Under the pieces are notes generated by a model. The model was not told where the DNA came from. It did not search any database and worked only from the letters and a program-made list of their open reading frames with translations. From positions 2,670,001-2,702,000 of the forward strand of contig NZ_CP011304.1 of assembly GCF_000981785.2 (NCBI RefSeq): a stretch of 32,000 bases of DNA, given 5' to 3'. This stretch comes from Microcystis aeruginosa NIES-2549 (lineage in GTDB: Bacteria > Cyanobacteriota > Cyanobacteriia > Cyanobacteriales > Microcystaceae). The position numbers were made by a program, and so were the translations under genes. Shown piece by piece: positions 1-8,712 of this stretch (its first letter is position 1; every line of letters begins with the position of its first letter).

Positions 1-2
1 AT

Positions 3-149
3 ACGTTCATCTCGGCCAAGGGCGGTTTTTTAAAAAATCTTAAAATATCATTAAGATTCTTGGTTAAGGAAAATATGGCACAGGAAGTCCCCACAGGAGC
101 GCGCACCGGTGGGGATGCGCCGACCGCCTTCGGTCGGCACGAGGAATAA
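3..149 (+). other. Open frame entering from the left window edge and ending at TAA 147-149. It is either the 3' end of an upstream CDS or a 24-aa micro-ORF from ATG 75.
   Basis: Hand translation of frame 3 gives TFISAKGGFLKNLKISLRFLVKENMAQEVPTGARTGGDAPTAFGRHEE* with no stop from nt 3 to 146. ATG 75 is preceded by AAGGAAAA. I recognise no family. Confidence 0.25.
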
Positions 150-240
150 GCGGTTGAGAGTTTTTTGAATTATCAAGATATGTAACTTAAGTGCGTCTAA
201 GCTGATAACGTTGATCATTAAGTGGGTGGGTGAAATTAAA

Positions 241-444
241 TAGGGTTTGCTGAATAAATCTAAAAACCTTGTTGGGTAAGACTTTTAGACTTTTTTGACC
301 TCAAAAAGTGCCGACCATTGGAGTGATTGGGGGGAAAATTCCTGGACTTTTTCCCTAAAAATTAGGTCATTGACCCCCTCAAAATCGGTAAAACCCCACA
401 CCCCACACCCTGCCCCCACCGAAAAACTTTTTCAGCAGACCCTA
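241..444. mobile_element. MITE copy A, about 200 bp, with terminal inverted repeats GGGTTTGCTGAA / TTCAGCAGACCC and TA at both ends
   Basis: TA-GGGTTTGCTGAATAAA at 241-258 and TTTTTCAGCAGACCC-TA at 428-444 are inverted copies. The interior aligns by eye, reverse-complemented, with 8081-8240. It carries 2 CCCCACA heptamers at 404-417. TA flanks fit the IS630/Tc1-type target duplication. Confidence 0.65.
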
Positions 445-582
445 CTTATATAGGAGCGATCAATCTTTGTGTCCTTTGTGCCTTTGTGGTTTGTTCCACT
501 CGGTCTCGCGTAGCGAGCGCGTTGCGACCGCCAGCAGGACTGTATCTTAGAATACATTTTACCCACCAAACCTAAGAGAGCC

Positions 583-617
583 GTTATGAGGAGAGGCACT
601 CATGCAAGAGGCAAAAG
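583..617. repeat. Left arm of the 35-nt inverted repeat bracketing pilQ
   Basis: The reverse complement of GTTATGAGGAGAGGCACTCATGCAAGAGGCAAAAG equals 2856-2897 except for one extra 7-nt unit in the right arm. Confidence 0.85.
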
Positions 618-625
618 CTTCAGAA

Positions 626-673
626 ACTGATTACTGATTACTGATTACTGATAACTGAAAAAGCTGATTACTG
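626..673. repeat. Heptamer array (ACTGATT/ACTGATA, the complement of the CAGTTAT family): 5 tandem units plus one more unit overlapping the pilQ stop codon
   Basis: Read directly: actgatt actgatt actgatt actgata actgaaa .. gctgatt actg. The pilQ stop (TTA on the + strand, 668-670) and its last codon lie inside the last unit. Confidence 0.85.
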
Positions 674-2770
674 TCGCGGTTGTACGGGGAAACCTTGACG
701 CTGAAGCATTTCCGCCGCATCTTGGCCCGGTTGATAGTTGATACCGAGGGTAGAGGTGGCCGTATCTTCCATGATTTTGGGAGTGAGGAGAATAATCACC
801 TCACTGCGACTATTCTGATTGGTACGACTGCGGAATAAAGCCCCTAAAATGGGAATATCGCCTAAAATAGGCACTTTTGTCTCAGAACTTTGTTGTTTTT
901 CTTGGATAATCCCAGAAAGAATTAAACTCTGTCCATCCCGGAGACGAATTAAACCAGAAGTTAATTCCCGACGAATCAGAGGGGTAAGGGTGTTGACCGT
1001 GAGACCACCGCTATTAAATTGAATCGGAGACCCCGGAGAGGCGATGGTAGGGCTAACCGACAGGGAAATAAAACCGTTATCATCCACCTGATCGACGTTT
1101 ACCGCTAAAGTTAATCCAGCCTCGGCCAGTACAGGGACGGTGGTACGTTCGCCACTGAGAGGATCTACACTTGTCTCGACACTTTCTAGCACTTTCTCGG
1201 TGAGCTTAACGGTGGCCTGTTGACCTTCCTGCACCACCAGGGAGGGATCGGTAAGAATCTTGGCATTTCCTGTCTGAATTGACGCTTGCAGGGTCATCAG
1301 GAATCTTTGGGGATATTGGAAGAGGTCGGGTAGCGTAAAATCCCCTCCATCCGCGTCTGTTGCACCGGGTTGAAAGGGGTTATTAAATGTTCCAAAATTA
1401 GGACGGGCATAGGGAACAACCAGCCCAGTATTTCGATCTGTGACTCTTCCCTGAGTTATATTACTAAAAGGAGCATCCTGAACATCAAAAAAAGGTTCTA
1501 GGGCGGGTGTTCCCTCCCCAGAGAAAACATTATTTAAAGGAACTATCGGCTGTGCAAAAGCCCCCGGTTTGGATGCAGTTGAGCTACTAGGTGGGTTCAT
1601 ATTCCCAAAGTTCACCACTGCCGCCCCGTTATCTTGAACGAAGAAACCATCGTTAAAACCGAAGGAAAAACTACTGTTAAAACGGTCTGTATTGAGCAGG
1701 TTGACATCGATAACTTTGACGTTAACCACCACCTGACGGCGACGAGCATCCAGTTGGGTTAATAAAGAGGTGGCGATCTGGACTTGCCGCGCTTCGCCGA
1801 TTAAATTGATAGAATTAAGGCGATCATCGGCGGCAATTCTTAAACCAGTTAAAAGTAGGGCAGCCCTTGAGCCTTCTGTTTTTTGGGGTTCCAGTGCCTC
1901 TAGGGTGGCGGGAACATCCCGGCGGCCGATGACTCGTCCGGTGAGGGGATCGACGATATCCTCGGTTTTCGAGACTAAACGCTGGTATTCTGCCCCTTGG
2001 GTGGCGAGGAAAGTGGCGGCATTAACGGCCTTAACTTGGTTGAGACGCAGGGTGCGGCTAATCAGATTACGAGCGCCCTGGGGTAATTGCGCCCCGACAA
2101 AGATGGTTTTACCCTGACGGTTGGCCTGGAGTCCGGAAATTAACAACACGGCGTTAAAAATGTTTTCCACCGATTCGTCAGTAAATTCCAAGGAAACTGT
2201 CTGAGAAGTGGCGTTAGCTTCCCCCTGGGCGCTGGTGAAAACGACGTTATAACCGGCAATGTTAGCAAGGGTCATTAACACTTCTCTAGCGGGAGCTTCC
2301 CGCAGTAAAATGCGAGGTATAGTGATATTACGCTCGAATTTGACCTTTTCGGCACTAGCATCGATATTAGAGATGGCAATATCTCCCACCGGTGGGGCGA
2401 CGGCCCGGGGTAGGGTGGGAACGCCGGGGGCTTGGGGTGCGCCTTGAATGATAATTTCCGGATTGGGGACAAGGGGCGCACTTTGGGCAAGTAGTTTTTC
2501 ACTGCCTAAAATGCTGATTTCCTTTTCTACGGCCGCGCTGGAAGGGACAAGCTGATTTAGCGATTTTTGTAAAGTTTCTTTACTAAGCCCTTGCGAAAAC
2601 TTGCCCTGAGCCAAGTCGAAGGGTTCAATTTTTGATGTAAGGGATTTTAACTCTGCATCATGGAAGGAAATGGGGGTTTCGGCCAAGACGCTCAGGGGAG
2701 CCATCAATAAAAACGAGGCAATTGGGGGGATAAACAGGGCATAGCGGGACGGATTCACTTTTAACTTCAC
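668..2770 (-). CDS. pilQ: Type IV pilus secretin PilQ
   Basis: 700-aa ORF with a signal peptide (LLMAPLSVLAETP) and a C-terminal secretin core (KVPILGDIPILGALFRS, SEVIILLTPKI). It is last in a pilM-N-O-Q gene order. Confidence 0.93.
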   Translation of the reverse strand: MKLKVNPSRYALFIPPIASFLLMAPLSVLAETPISFHDAELKSLTSKIEPFDLAQGKFSQGLSKETLQKSLNQLVPSSAAVEKEISILGSEKLLAQSAPLVPNPEIIIQGAPQAPGVPTLPRAVAPPVGDIAISNIDASAEKVKFERNITIPRILLREAPAREVLMTLANIAGYNVVFTSAQGEANATSQTVSLEFTDESVENIFNAVLLISGLQANRQGKTIFVGAQLPQGARNLISRTLRLNQVKAVNAATFLATQGAEYQRLVSKTEDIVDPLTGRVIGRRDVPATLEALEPQKTEGSRAALLLTGLRIAADDRLNSINLIGEARQVQIATSLLTQLDARRRQVVVNVKVIDVNLLNTDRFNSSFSFGFNDGFFVQDNGAAVVNFGNMNPPSSSTASKPGAFAQPIVPLNNVFSGEGTPALEPFFDVQDAPFSNITQGRVTDRNTGLVVPYARPNFGTFNNPFQPGATDADGGDFTLPDLFQYPQRFLMTLQASIQTGNAKILTDPSLVVQEGQQATVKLTEKVLESVETSVDPLSGERTTVPVLAEAGLTLAVNVDQVDDNGFISLSVSPTIASPGSPIQFNSGGLTVNTLTPLIRRELTSGLIRLRDGQSLILSGIIQEKQQSSETKVPILGDIPILGALFRSRTNQNSRSEVIILLTPKIMEDTATSTLGINYQPGQDAAEMLQRQGFPVQPRQ

Positions 2771-2855
2771 TCCTCAACGATTAAGCGATTCAACGGACAA
2801 AAAAACACAATACTCATACTAAATCTGGTTATTAAAAACTGATTATTTATTCCCC

Positions 2856-2897
2856 CTTTTGCCTCTTGCCTCTTGCATGAGTGCCTCTCCTCATAAC
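2856..2897. repeat. Right arm of the inverted repeat bracketing pilQ (35 nt plus one extra CCTCTTG unit)
   Basis: CTTTTGCCTCTTG[CCTCTTG]CATGAGTGCCTCTCCTCATAAC, compared by hand with the reverse complement of 583-617. Confidence 0.85.
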
Positions 2898-2921
2898 TAG
2901 CCTATACTCAACGGATTTAGT
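2894..2921. repeat. 28-nt dispersed repeat TAACTAGCCTATACTCAACGGATTTAGT, copy 1
   Basis: An identical 28-mer is found again at 8621-8648. Confidence 0.85.
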
Positions 2922-2942
2922 ATCACACCGGATGGAAGACTA

Positions 2943-3734
2943 TTATTGGGGCGGACTGGCGGGGGGTTGACCTTCGGCGGCGGGTTGACCTTCAGCAGGT
3001 GGGGGTGGTGCTAATTTCGCTAATTCTTCGGCACTGAGAGGAATAATCACATCGAGGAGAAAGGTGGTAGTCACGGGTTTATCGCCTTGGGGAACGATAG
3101 TGGCTTTATTTTTGCTGGTACTAACCACTTTAACCGTCGATCCTTCCTTGTCCACTTGGGTATTGAGACTGTTCAGCAAAATGAGGGGCTGTAATCTTTC
3201 TAAATCCCGAATAACCTCTTGAGTTTTAGCATAGTTCCCTTCCATCTTGACGTTAAAAGTTTGACGTTTGAGCTTATTATTAACCTCACTACCGAGGGAA
3301 CCATCGGATATCACCACCGGTTCTAGTCCTTGGGGTTGAAAACTAACCAGCTTAACATCGCGAGACTTAAAGATATTACTAACATCTAAGAGAATTGTGT
3401 TTAAGTCCCTTTCTTTAGCAAAAAGCGAGAGAATTTTCTGTTTAATAGCTTTTTTTTGTTGTAACTGACCCTCGATTTTTTGGAATTCTGAAAATTCCAG
3501 ACGGCTTTTTTGTTGATCTACCAGTTGTTGTTTGTTGGCTGCATCGGTTTGCAGTTGCTGCAAGGTATTATAAGCGGGCATCACCCAGTTAAAAAGCAGA
3601 TAGAGGGAGCCAAGTAAACCTAGCATAGCGGCAGCGATGCCACTATTGCGGGGAGTAAAAGTTATCCCGAAAGCGATAGGATACTCCTCAAATTCCTCTA
3701 ATTTCAGCTTCTCAAATTCTTCAGTAAAGGTCAT
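2943..3734 (-). CDS. pilO: Type IV pilus assembly protein PilO-like, with a Pro-rich C-terminal tail
   Basis: 263 aa with one N-terminal TM helix, a coiled-coil (QQLQTDAANKQQLVDQQK) and then a beta-rich domain. It lies between pilN and pilQ, and its start overlaps the pilN stop by 4 nt (3731-3734). Confidence 0.8.
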   Translation of the reverse strand: MTFTEEFEKLKLEEFEEYPIAFGITFTPRNSGIAAAMLGLLGSLYLLFNWVMPAYNTLQQLQTDAANKQQLVDQQKSRLEFSEFQKIEGQLQQKKAIKQKILSLFAKERDLNTILLDVSNIFKSRDVKLVSFQPQGLEPVVISDGSLGSEVNNKLKRQTFNVKMEGNYAKTQEVIRDLERLQPLILLNSLNTQVDKEGSTVKVVSTSKNKATIVPQGDKPVTTTFLLDVIIPLSAEELAKLAPPPPAEGQPAAEGQPPASPPQ

Positions 3735-4501
3735 GGTTGAATAACTCCTTGGCGTTTGAGAGTATTAATCCTAGTGATAACTCCATCCGCTCCATTCCTG
3801 GCGAGATTGGGCAGTTGTTGGGTGGTGGGAGTATCACTTAATTGGGTGGTGATCACAAATTGAACCACTTGGGGGAAAGTAATATTAATATTCTTGTACT
3901 GATTATCCACCTCTACGGGTAAATCGGCCAGGGCAGCACTTTCGATCGCCGTTTGCTTACCCTGTAAAAAAGGGGAAGCTTGTAGGGTTAAAAGATAATC
4001 ATTGACTGCTTCGTAATTACTGGCAAAACCACTGATTTTTAAGCGAGTAGCCGGATTGGCTTGCCCTTGATTGGGGTTCGCGGGAACCTCCACCTGTTGC
4101 ACACTATTTAACTGCACACTAGAAGGAGTTTGTTGGCGAATTTCTTGGAGAATGGCTGACCAAGGCCTAATCTGATTAAATACACCCACCAGAGCTTTAT
4201 TTTCTGCTTCTACCGCCTTTAGTTGCCCTCTGATGTCTTCTAGTTTTTTACTTTGGACTTGTACTTGACCTAATTCCCCGTCCAGTTGCTGAATTTTGGC
4301 CTGAGTTTCGCTGGTTTTCCAACCGACGGTTAAACCGAGTAATCCCGTCAGTGCCAATAATCCGGCCCCCACTCCCACACCGATGAACAGGGGTACTTGT
4401 TTACTCAGGTTAATAAAGGTGGAAATCTCGAAGTTAGAGGTTGTTTGGACTGTTCGGTTAGGATGGCGATCTTTGAGAAAATTAACGTCAAGACTATACA
4501 T
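3731..4501 (-). CDS. pilN: Type IV pilus assembly protein PilN (fimbrial assembly family)
   Basis: 256 aa starting MYSLDVNFLKDR (typical of PilN N-termini), with a single TM helix and a coiled-coil. It starts 9 nt after the pilM stop. Confidence 0.85.
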   Translation of the reverse strand: MYSLDVNFLKDRHPNRTVQTTSNFEISTFINLSKQVPLFIGVGVGAGLLALTGLLGLTVGWKTSETQAKIQQLDGELGQVQVQSKKLEDIRGQLKAVEAENKALVGVFNQIRPWSAILQEIRQQTPSSVQLNSVQQVEVPANPNQGQANPATRLKISGFASNYEAVNDYLLTLQASPFLQGKQTAIESAALADLPVEVDNQYKNINITFPQVVQFVITTQLSDTPTTQQLPNLARNGADGVITRINTLKRQGVIQP

Positions 4502-4510
4502 AATTTTTGT

Positions 4511-5626
4511 CTATACCTCCCGCAATCCTAAACCGAGAACTGTTCCTAAACCAGGTCTTTGGGTATTAGGAATCTCTTGATCGATATCTAGGTTCAGTGA
4601 TGCGATCGGATCGATTGGCATAGTAGTGATGCTAAGACGTTGAGTAAAATATTCATCTAGTTGTGCTAAACCGCCCCCGGGACCTGCTAAAAGTAACTGG
4701 ACAATTTCCAGTTCATCACTTTGGTTAAGATAGAAATTAATCGATCGCCGCAATTCATCGGTTAATTCCCCCAAAACCCGCATCAGTGCCGCCATCCCGG
4801 CGGTAGTAAAGCTTCTGGAAACACTGGTATTGGTGCCAAGACTATCAAAGGCAGTAGTCGGGATTGTCATCCCCAAAAGAATCTCAGGACTGCGGGAGGT
4901 GGGCAAATTCATCGCCCTGGAAAGGGCATTTTGTAGCTGGAAAGTGCCGATGGGGACAGTGCGGGAAAATTGGGGAACGCCGTCCACCACGATGGCGATT
5001 TCCGTGTTATCAAATTCTATATCGACAATAACGGTAGCTTCATTGGAACTAAACTGTCGCAACTGATCGCGAATCGTCCGAATTAGGGCAAAACTATTAA
5101 TTTCTAGCACATCTACCTGTAATCCTGCCTGTTGCAGGGTTTCCAGATAGGCATCGGTGATCTCCCGACGAGTAGCTACCAGCAAAACCTGCACCTTTTC
5201 GATCCCGTCCTCGTCCTGAAAGTAGCCCAGTTTTTGGTAGTCGATATCCACTTCCTCACGCGGATAGGGAAGGTATAAATTAGCTTCATGATTTAAGACC
5301 AGATCGCGTAATTCCTCCTCGTCCAATTCCGAGGGAATGGCGATAATCCGGATAATTGACTCGCGCATGGGGACACCAGTAGCGACTCGTTTGCTAGTAA
5401 TTTTATTTTCCCTGAGGACTTCTTGGATTAATTCCGCTAAAGCGGCGGAATCGACGATTTTTCCCTCCTCAAAGATGCCTTCTGGGATATCCGACGAACA
5501 ATATTTAACTAATTTATAATTTTGTTTCTGTTTGGCGATCTGAGCCACGTTAATGCGCTCTGGGGTAATCTCTAACCCAACACCTTGAGTTTTTTTTGTC
5601 AATAGCTTTTTAAAAAAACTTACCAT
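4511..5626 (-). CDS. pilM: Type IV pilus assembly ATPase-fold protein PilM
   Basis: 371 aa with an actin-like fold pattern (GLEITPERINVAQI, LLAGPGGGL). It is the first gene of the pilMNOQ order. Confidence 0.92.
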   Translation of the reverse strand: MVSFFKKLLTKKTQGVGLEITPERINVAQIAKQKQNYKLVKYCSSDIPEGIFEEGKIVDSAALAELIQEVLRENKITSKRVATGVPMRESIIRIIAIPSELDEEELRDLVLNHEANLYLPYPREEVDIDYQKLGYFQDEDGIEKVQVLLVATRREITDAYLETLQQAGLQVDVLEINSFALIRTIRDQLRQFSSNEATVIVDIEFDNTEIAIVVDGVPQFSRTVPIGTFQLQNALSRAMNLPTSRSPEILLGMTIPTTAFDSLGTNTSVSRSFTTAGMAALMRVLGELTDELRRSINFYLNQSDELEIVQLLLAGPGGGLAQLDEYFTQRLSITTMPIDPIASLNLDIDQEIPNTQRPGLGTVLGLGLREV

Positions 5627-6061
5627 AGATTTTCTGGGGCAGCTCTAAGGGAATTGGTGATCAACAAAGCCAATAATTTTTTGACTTGATTTTATCTAGT
5701 ATCGATCAGGGCAGTAAATTAGTCTATAAACGATCCTGAACGGTTAAATTACCTAGAAAAGGCGAAAATCGAGGGGGAGAGAAGCTATTTCTGTACTCGC
5801 TAACCCGATTATCTGTGTTCAGAGCGAGGTTAATCTTGACTGGGTGAGGGGAGAGGAAGCACCTATTGATGATGATATTGTAATCAATTTTGGTGAAAGA
5901 ACCAAGTCGAAGCTAAAAATTGGCCATTACCCCCCTTTTTTTTCTGCTCCACTAGATCAAGTCAGCCAACCCTAGTTAGAGTACCCAAATATCTCGAGAA
6001 AATTTGAATTTTTCTAGACACTATTTTTTCGTGACTTCAGGAAACCGGCGATCGAATGCTT

Positions 6062-6088
6062 CTGACAGGCGTGATTTTCGCGTATAAT
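6062..6088 (+). promoter_or_regulatory. Candidate sigma70-type promoter for ilvC (CTGACA ... TATAAT)
   Basis: TATAAT at 6083-6088 and a -35-like CTGACA at 6062-6067, with a short spacer of about 15 nt. AAGGAG at 6118-6123 lies 8 nt before ATG 6132. Confidence 0.3.
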
Positions 6089-6119
6089 TAGGAGTTTGCA
6101 CAGTGACAAAAGAAGTTAA

Positions 6120-7124
<1,005 letters not shown>

Positions 7125-7229
7125 TTCTCTTTTTTTTCGCTGTCGGGTTGGGTGCGACTCCGGAATTCTTGCCGTTGTGTCCGCCCCGATACCCGACCCC
7201 CCCCACTCCCCAAAGGGAAAACTTTCTAC

Positions 7230-8018
7230 CTAGTAGATCGCCTCTCGTGATTTGACCAAACCGATCGCCCGTAAACCGGCAATCACACCACAGCCGATCA
7301 CCATACCGACGAGGGAACGAATCAGATTTTCTACGGGAATGATCGGAATTAAAGCGATCCAGACTTCTTCGGGCCAGTTAAAAATCGAGTAGGTAATGGC
7401 GGCGACCCCTAAATGGGAGAGTCCGCTGGCGGTCCAAGTCCCGCCAAAAATTCCTGCCGCTACTAGGACAAAGTTACTACCTTTGATCCAATGGGTAAAC
7501 AGAGTCCGGGTTGGTAGGATAAATAATACCAACGCCGACCAATCGACGAAAGCCCCGGCGATAAAGACCCGTGGCGAAATACCGTTCAGTCCGATCGCCC
7601 GGTTAGCGTAGATAAATAGGGGAATCAGAAAAATTAACGTTAATCCTAACCACCAATAACGGCGTTTTTTGCCTAAAACCATCGTTCCCGCCACAAAACT
7701 GGACAAAATAGCCCCAAAGACCGAAATAGCGGGAATTCCTGCCGTGTAGGGGGCGAGGAAAGCCCCAATTAAGGACCCAATACCACTAGCGATCGACCCA
7801 GCGATCGGGCCGAGTAACCAACCCAAGAGGGGAAAAACCGCTTGACTGAGGGGCATACTACCGCCGGAAGCGAGGACAATGGAGAAGGGAATAAAAGAAA
7901 GGGTAGTGACAATTGCCGCTAAGACGACAATATAGGCGATCGGCGCACCATCAATAGCGGCACTACTGACAGCTTCCACTTTGCGTTCTTCGCCTTCGGG
8001 GATAATATCTAGGGTCAT
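7230..8018 (-). CDS. Multipass membrane protein of unknown function (weak ECF S-component-like appearance)
   Basis: 262 aa with about 6-7 hydrophobic segments rich in Gly/Ala (GPIAGSIASGIGSLIGAFLAP). I recognise no catalytic motif. Confidence 0.6.
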   Translation of the reverse strand: MTLDIIPEGEERKVEAVSSAAIDGAPIAYIVVLAAIVTTLSFIPFSIVLASGGSMPLSQAVFPLLGWLLGPIAGSIASGIGSLIGAFLAPYTAGIPAISVFGAILSSFVAGTMVLGKKRRYWWLGLTLIFLIPLFIYANRAIGLNGISPRVFIAGAFVDWSALVLFILPTRTLFTHWIKGSNFVLVAAGIFGGTWTASGLSHLGVAAITYSIFNWPEEVWIALIPIIPVENLIRSLVGMVIGCGVIAGLRAIGLVKSREAIY

Positions 8019-8080
8019 AAGTAGGGAGGCACAATTATTTCTAGGATGGGTTAGCGGTAGCGTAACATGAGCGGGCGTTG

Positions 8081-8242
8081 GGTGTAGGGTTTTACCGATT
8101 TTCAGGGGGTCAATTACCTAATTTTCAGGGAAAAAGTACCTGAATTTTCCCCCCGATTACTCCAATGGCCGCTACTTTTGGACTTCAAAAAGGTCTAAAA
8201 GTCTTATCGAACAATGTTTTTAGATTTATTCAGCAAACCCTA
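8081..8242. mobile_element. MITE copy B (partial, opposite orientation to copy A), ending CAGCAAACCC-TA
   Basis: The reverse complement of 8081-8240 aligns by eye with 243-400 with scattered mismatches. The far TIR and heptamer block are missing. Confidence 0.65.
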
Positions 8243-8509
8243 CTTAATCATCCCATTCATACGAGTAAGCAAGTCAGAGAATATTGGGATAAGTGGCAGC
8301 AGCAAGGATTATTTTTCTTTCAACTGCCCAAATATTCCTCTGAAATGAATCTTATTGAAACTGAATGGCATCAATTGAAAACTCACGAACTGGCAGGTCA
8401 AATTTTTCCCGATGAGTACGATTTAGCGATCGCTGTTAAACAAGGGATCGAAGCTCGCGCTCAAAAAGGAGGACACGAAACTCACTGTTTTAAGTTTAAT
8501 TCTGCCTAG
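8243..8509 (+). pseudogene. C-terminal fragment of an IS630-family DDE transposase
   Basis: HPIHTSKQVREYWDKWQQQGLFFFQLPKYSSEMNLIETEWHQLK matches the IS630 C-terminal pattern (H.SK.V......GL....LP.YSPE.N.IE..W). The first 26 aa of track ORF 8165-8509 are read-through of the MITE. Confidence 0.8.
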
Positions 8510-8618
8510 CTACTTATAACTTAGGAATTAATCAACAACGAAAGCTTATGCTTGTAGCTAAGTGAAATCATTGATTAAGAGACCTGTACTTTTCAATAAC
8601 TTTTTGCCGCAAACCCTA
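8243..8618 (+). mobile_element. IS630-family remnant (transposase 3' part plus right end GCCGCAAACCC-TA)
   Basis: The terminal sequence TTGCCGCAAACCC-TA at 8604-8618 matches the MITE TIR (CAGCAAACCC-TA). This suggests the MITE derives from this IS family. Confidence 0.65.
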
Positions 8619-8620
8619 CT

Positions 8621-8648
8621 TAACTAGCCTATACTCAACGGATTTAGT
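8621..8648. repeat. 28-nt dispersed repeat, copy 2
   Basis: Identical to 2894-2921. Confidence 0.85.
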
Positions 8649-8712
8649 GTAACTTCGCCAGTCTAAATATTCCGTTATCAGTTAAAAAAGCGAATAGCAA
8701 CAGTCAGCTATT

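Noticed and set aside
3-110. Possible glutamine riboswitch / Downstream-peptide-like core (CGUUCAUC at 3-10, GGAAGU at 83-88, AGGAGCGCGC at 96-105)
   Set aside because: The pieces resemble my memory of the conserved glnA-RNA segments. However, they lie about 90 nt apart, separated by an AT-rich hairpin, I could not fold a consistent three-stem junction by hand, and an open reading frame runs through the whole stretch. Only an Infernal scan with RF01739/RF01704 could rescue the idea.
819-2502. Track ORFs 819-1022(+), 1770-2117(+), 2259-2447(+) and 2275-2502(-) inside pilQ
   Set aside because: All are fully embedded in, or antisense to, the well-supported 700-aa secretin frame. Their composition is Arg/Ser/Pro-rich and of low plausibility, and none matches a recognisable family.
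4383-5519. Track ORFs 4383-4580(+), 4830-5066(+) and 5337-5519(+), antisense to pilN/pilM
   Set aside because: They are short and antisense to strong CDSs, with no motifs.
7125-7229. A rho-independent terminator after ilvC
   Set aside because: A T8 run follows the stop codon, but no convincing GC hairpin precedes it. The GTCGGGT/ACCCGAC inverted repeat (about 7143 and 7190) has a loop of roughly 40 nt.
8165-8509. The 114-aa ORF as an intact gene
   Set aside because: Its first 26 codons are read-through of MITE copy B. Only the region from 8243 resembles a protein (an IS630 transposase C-terminus). It is called as a pseudogene fragment instead.
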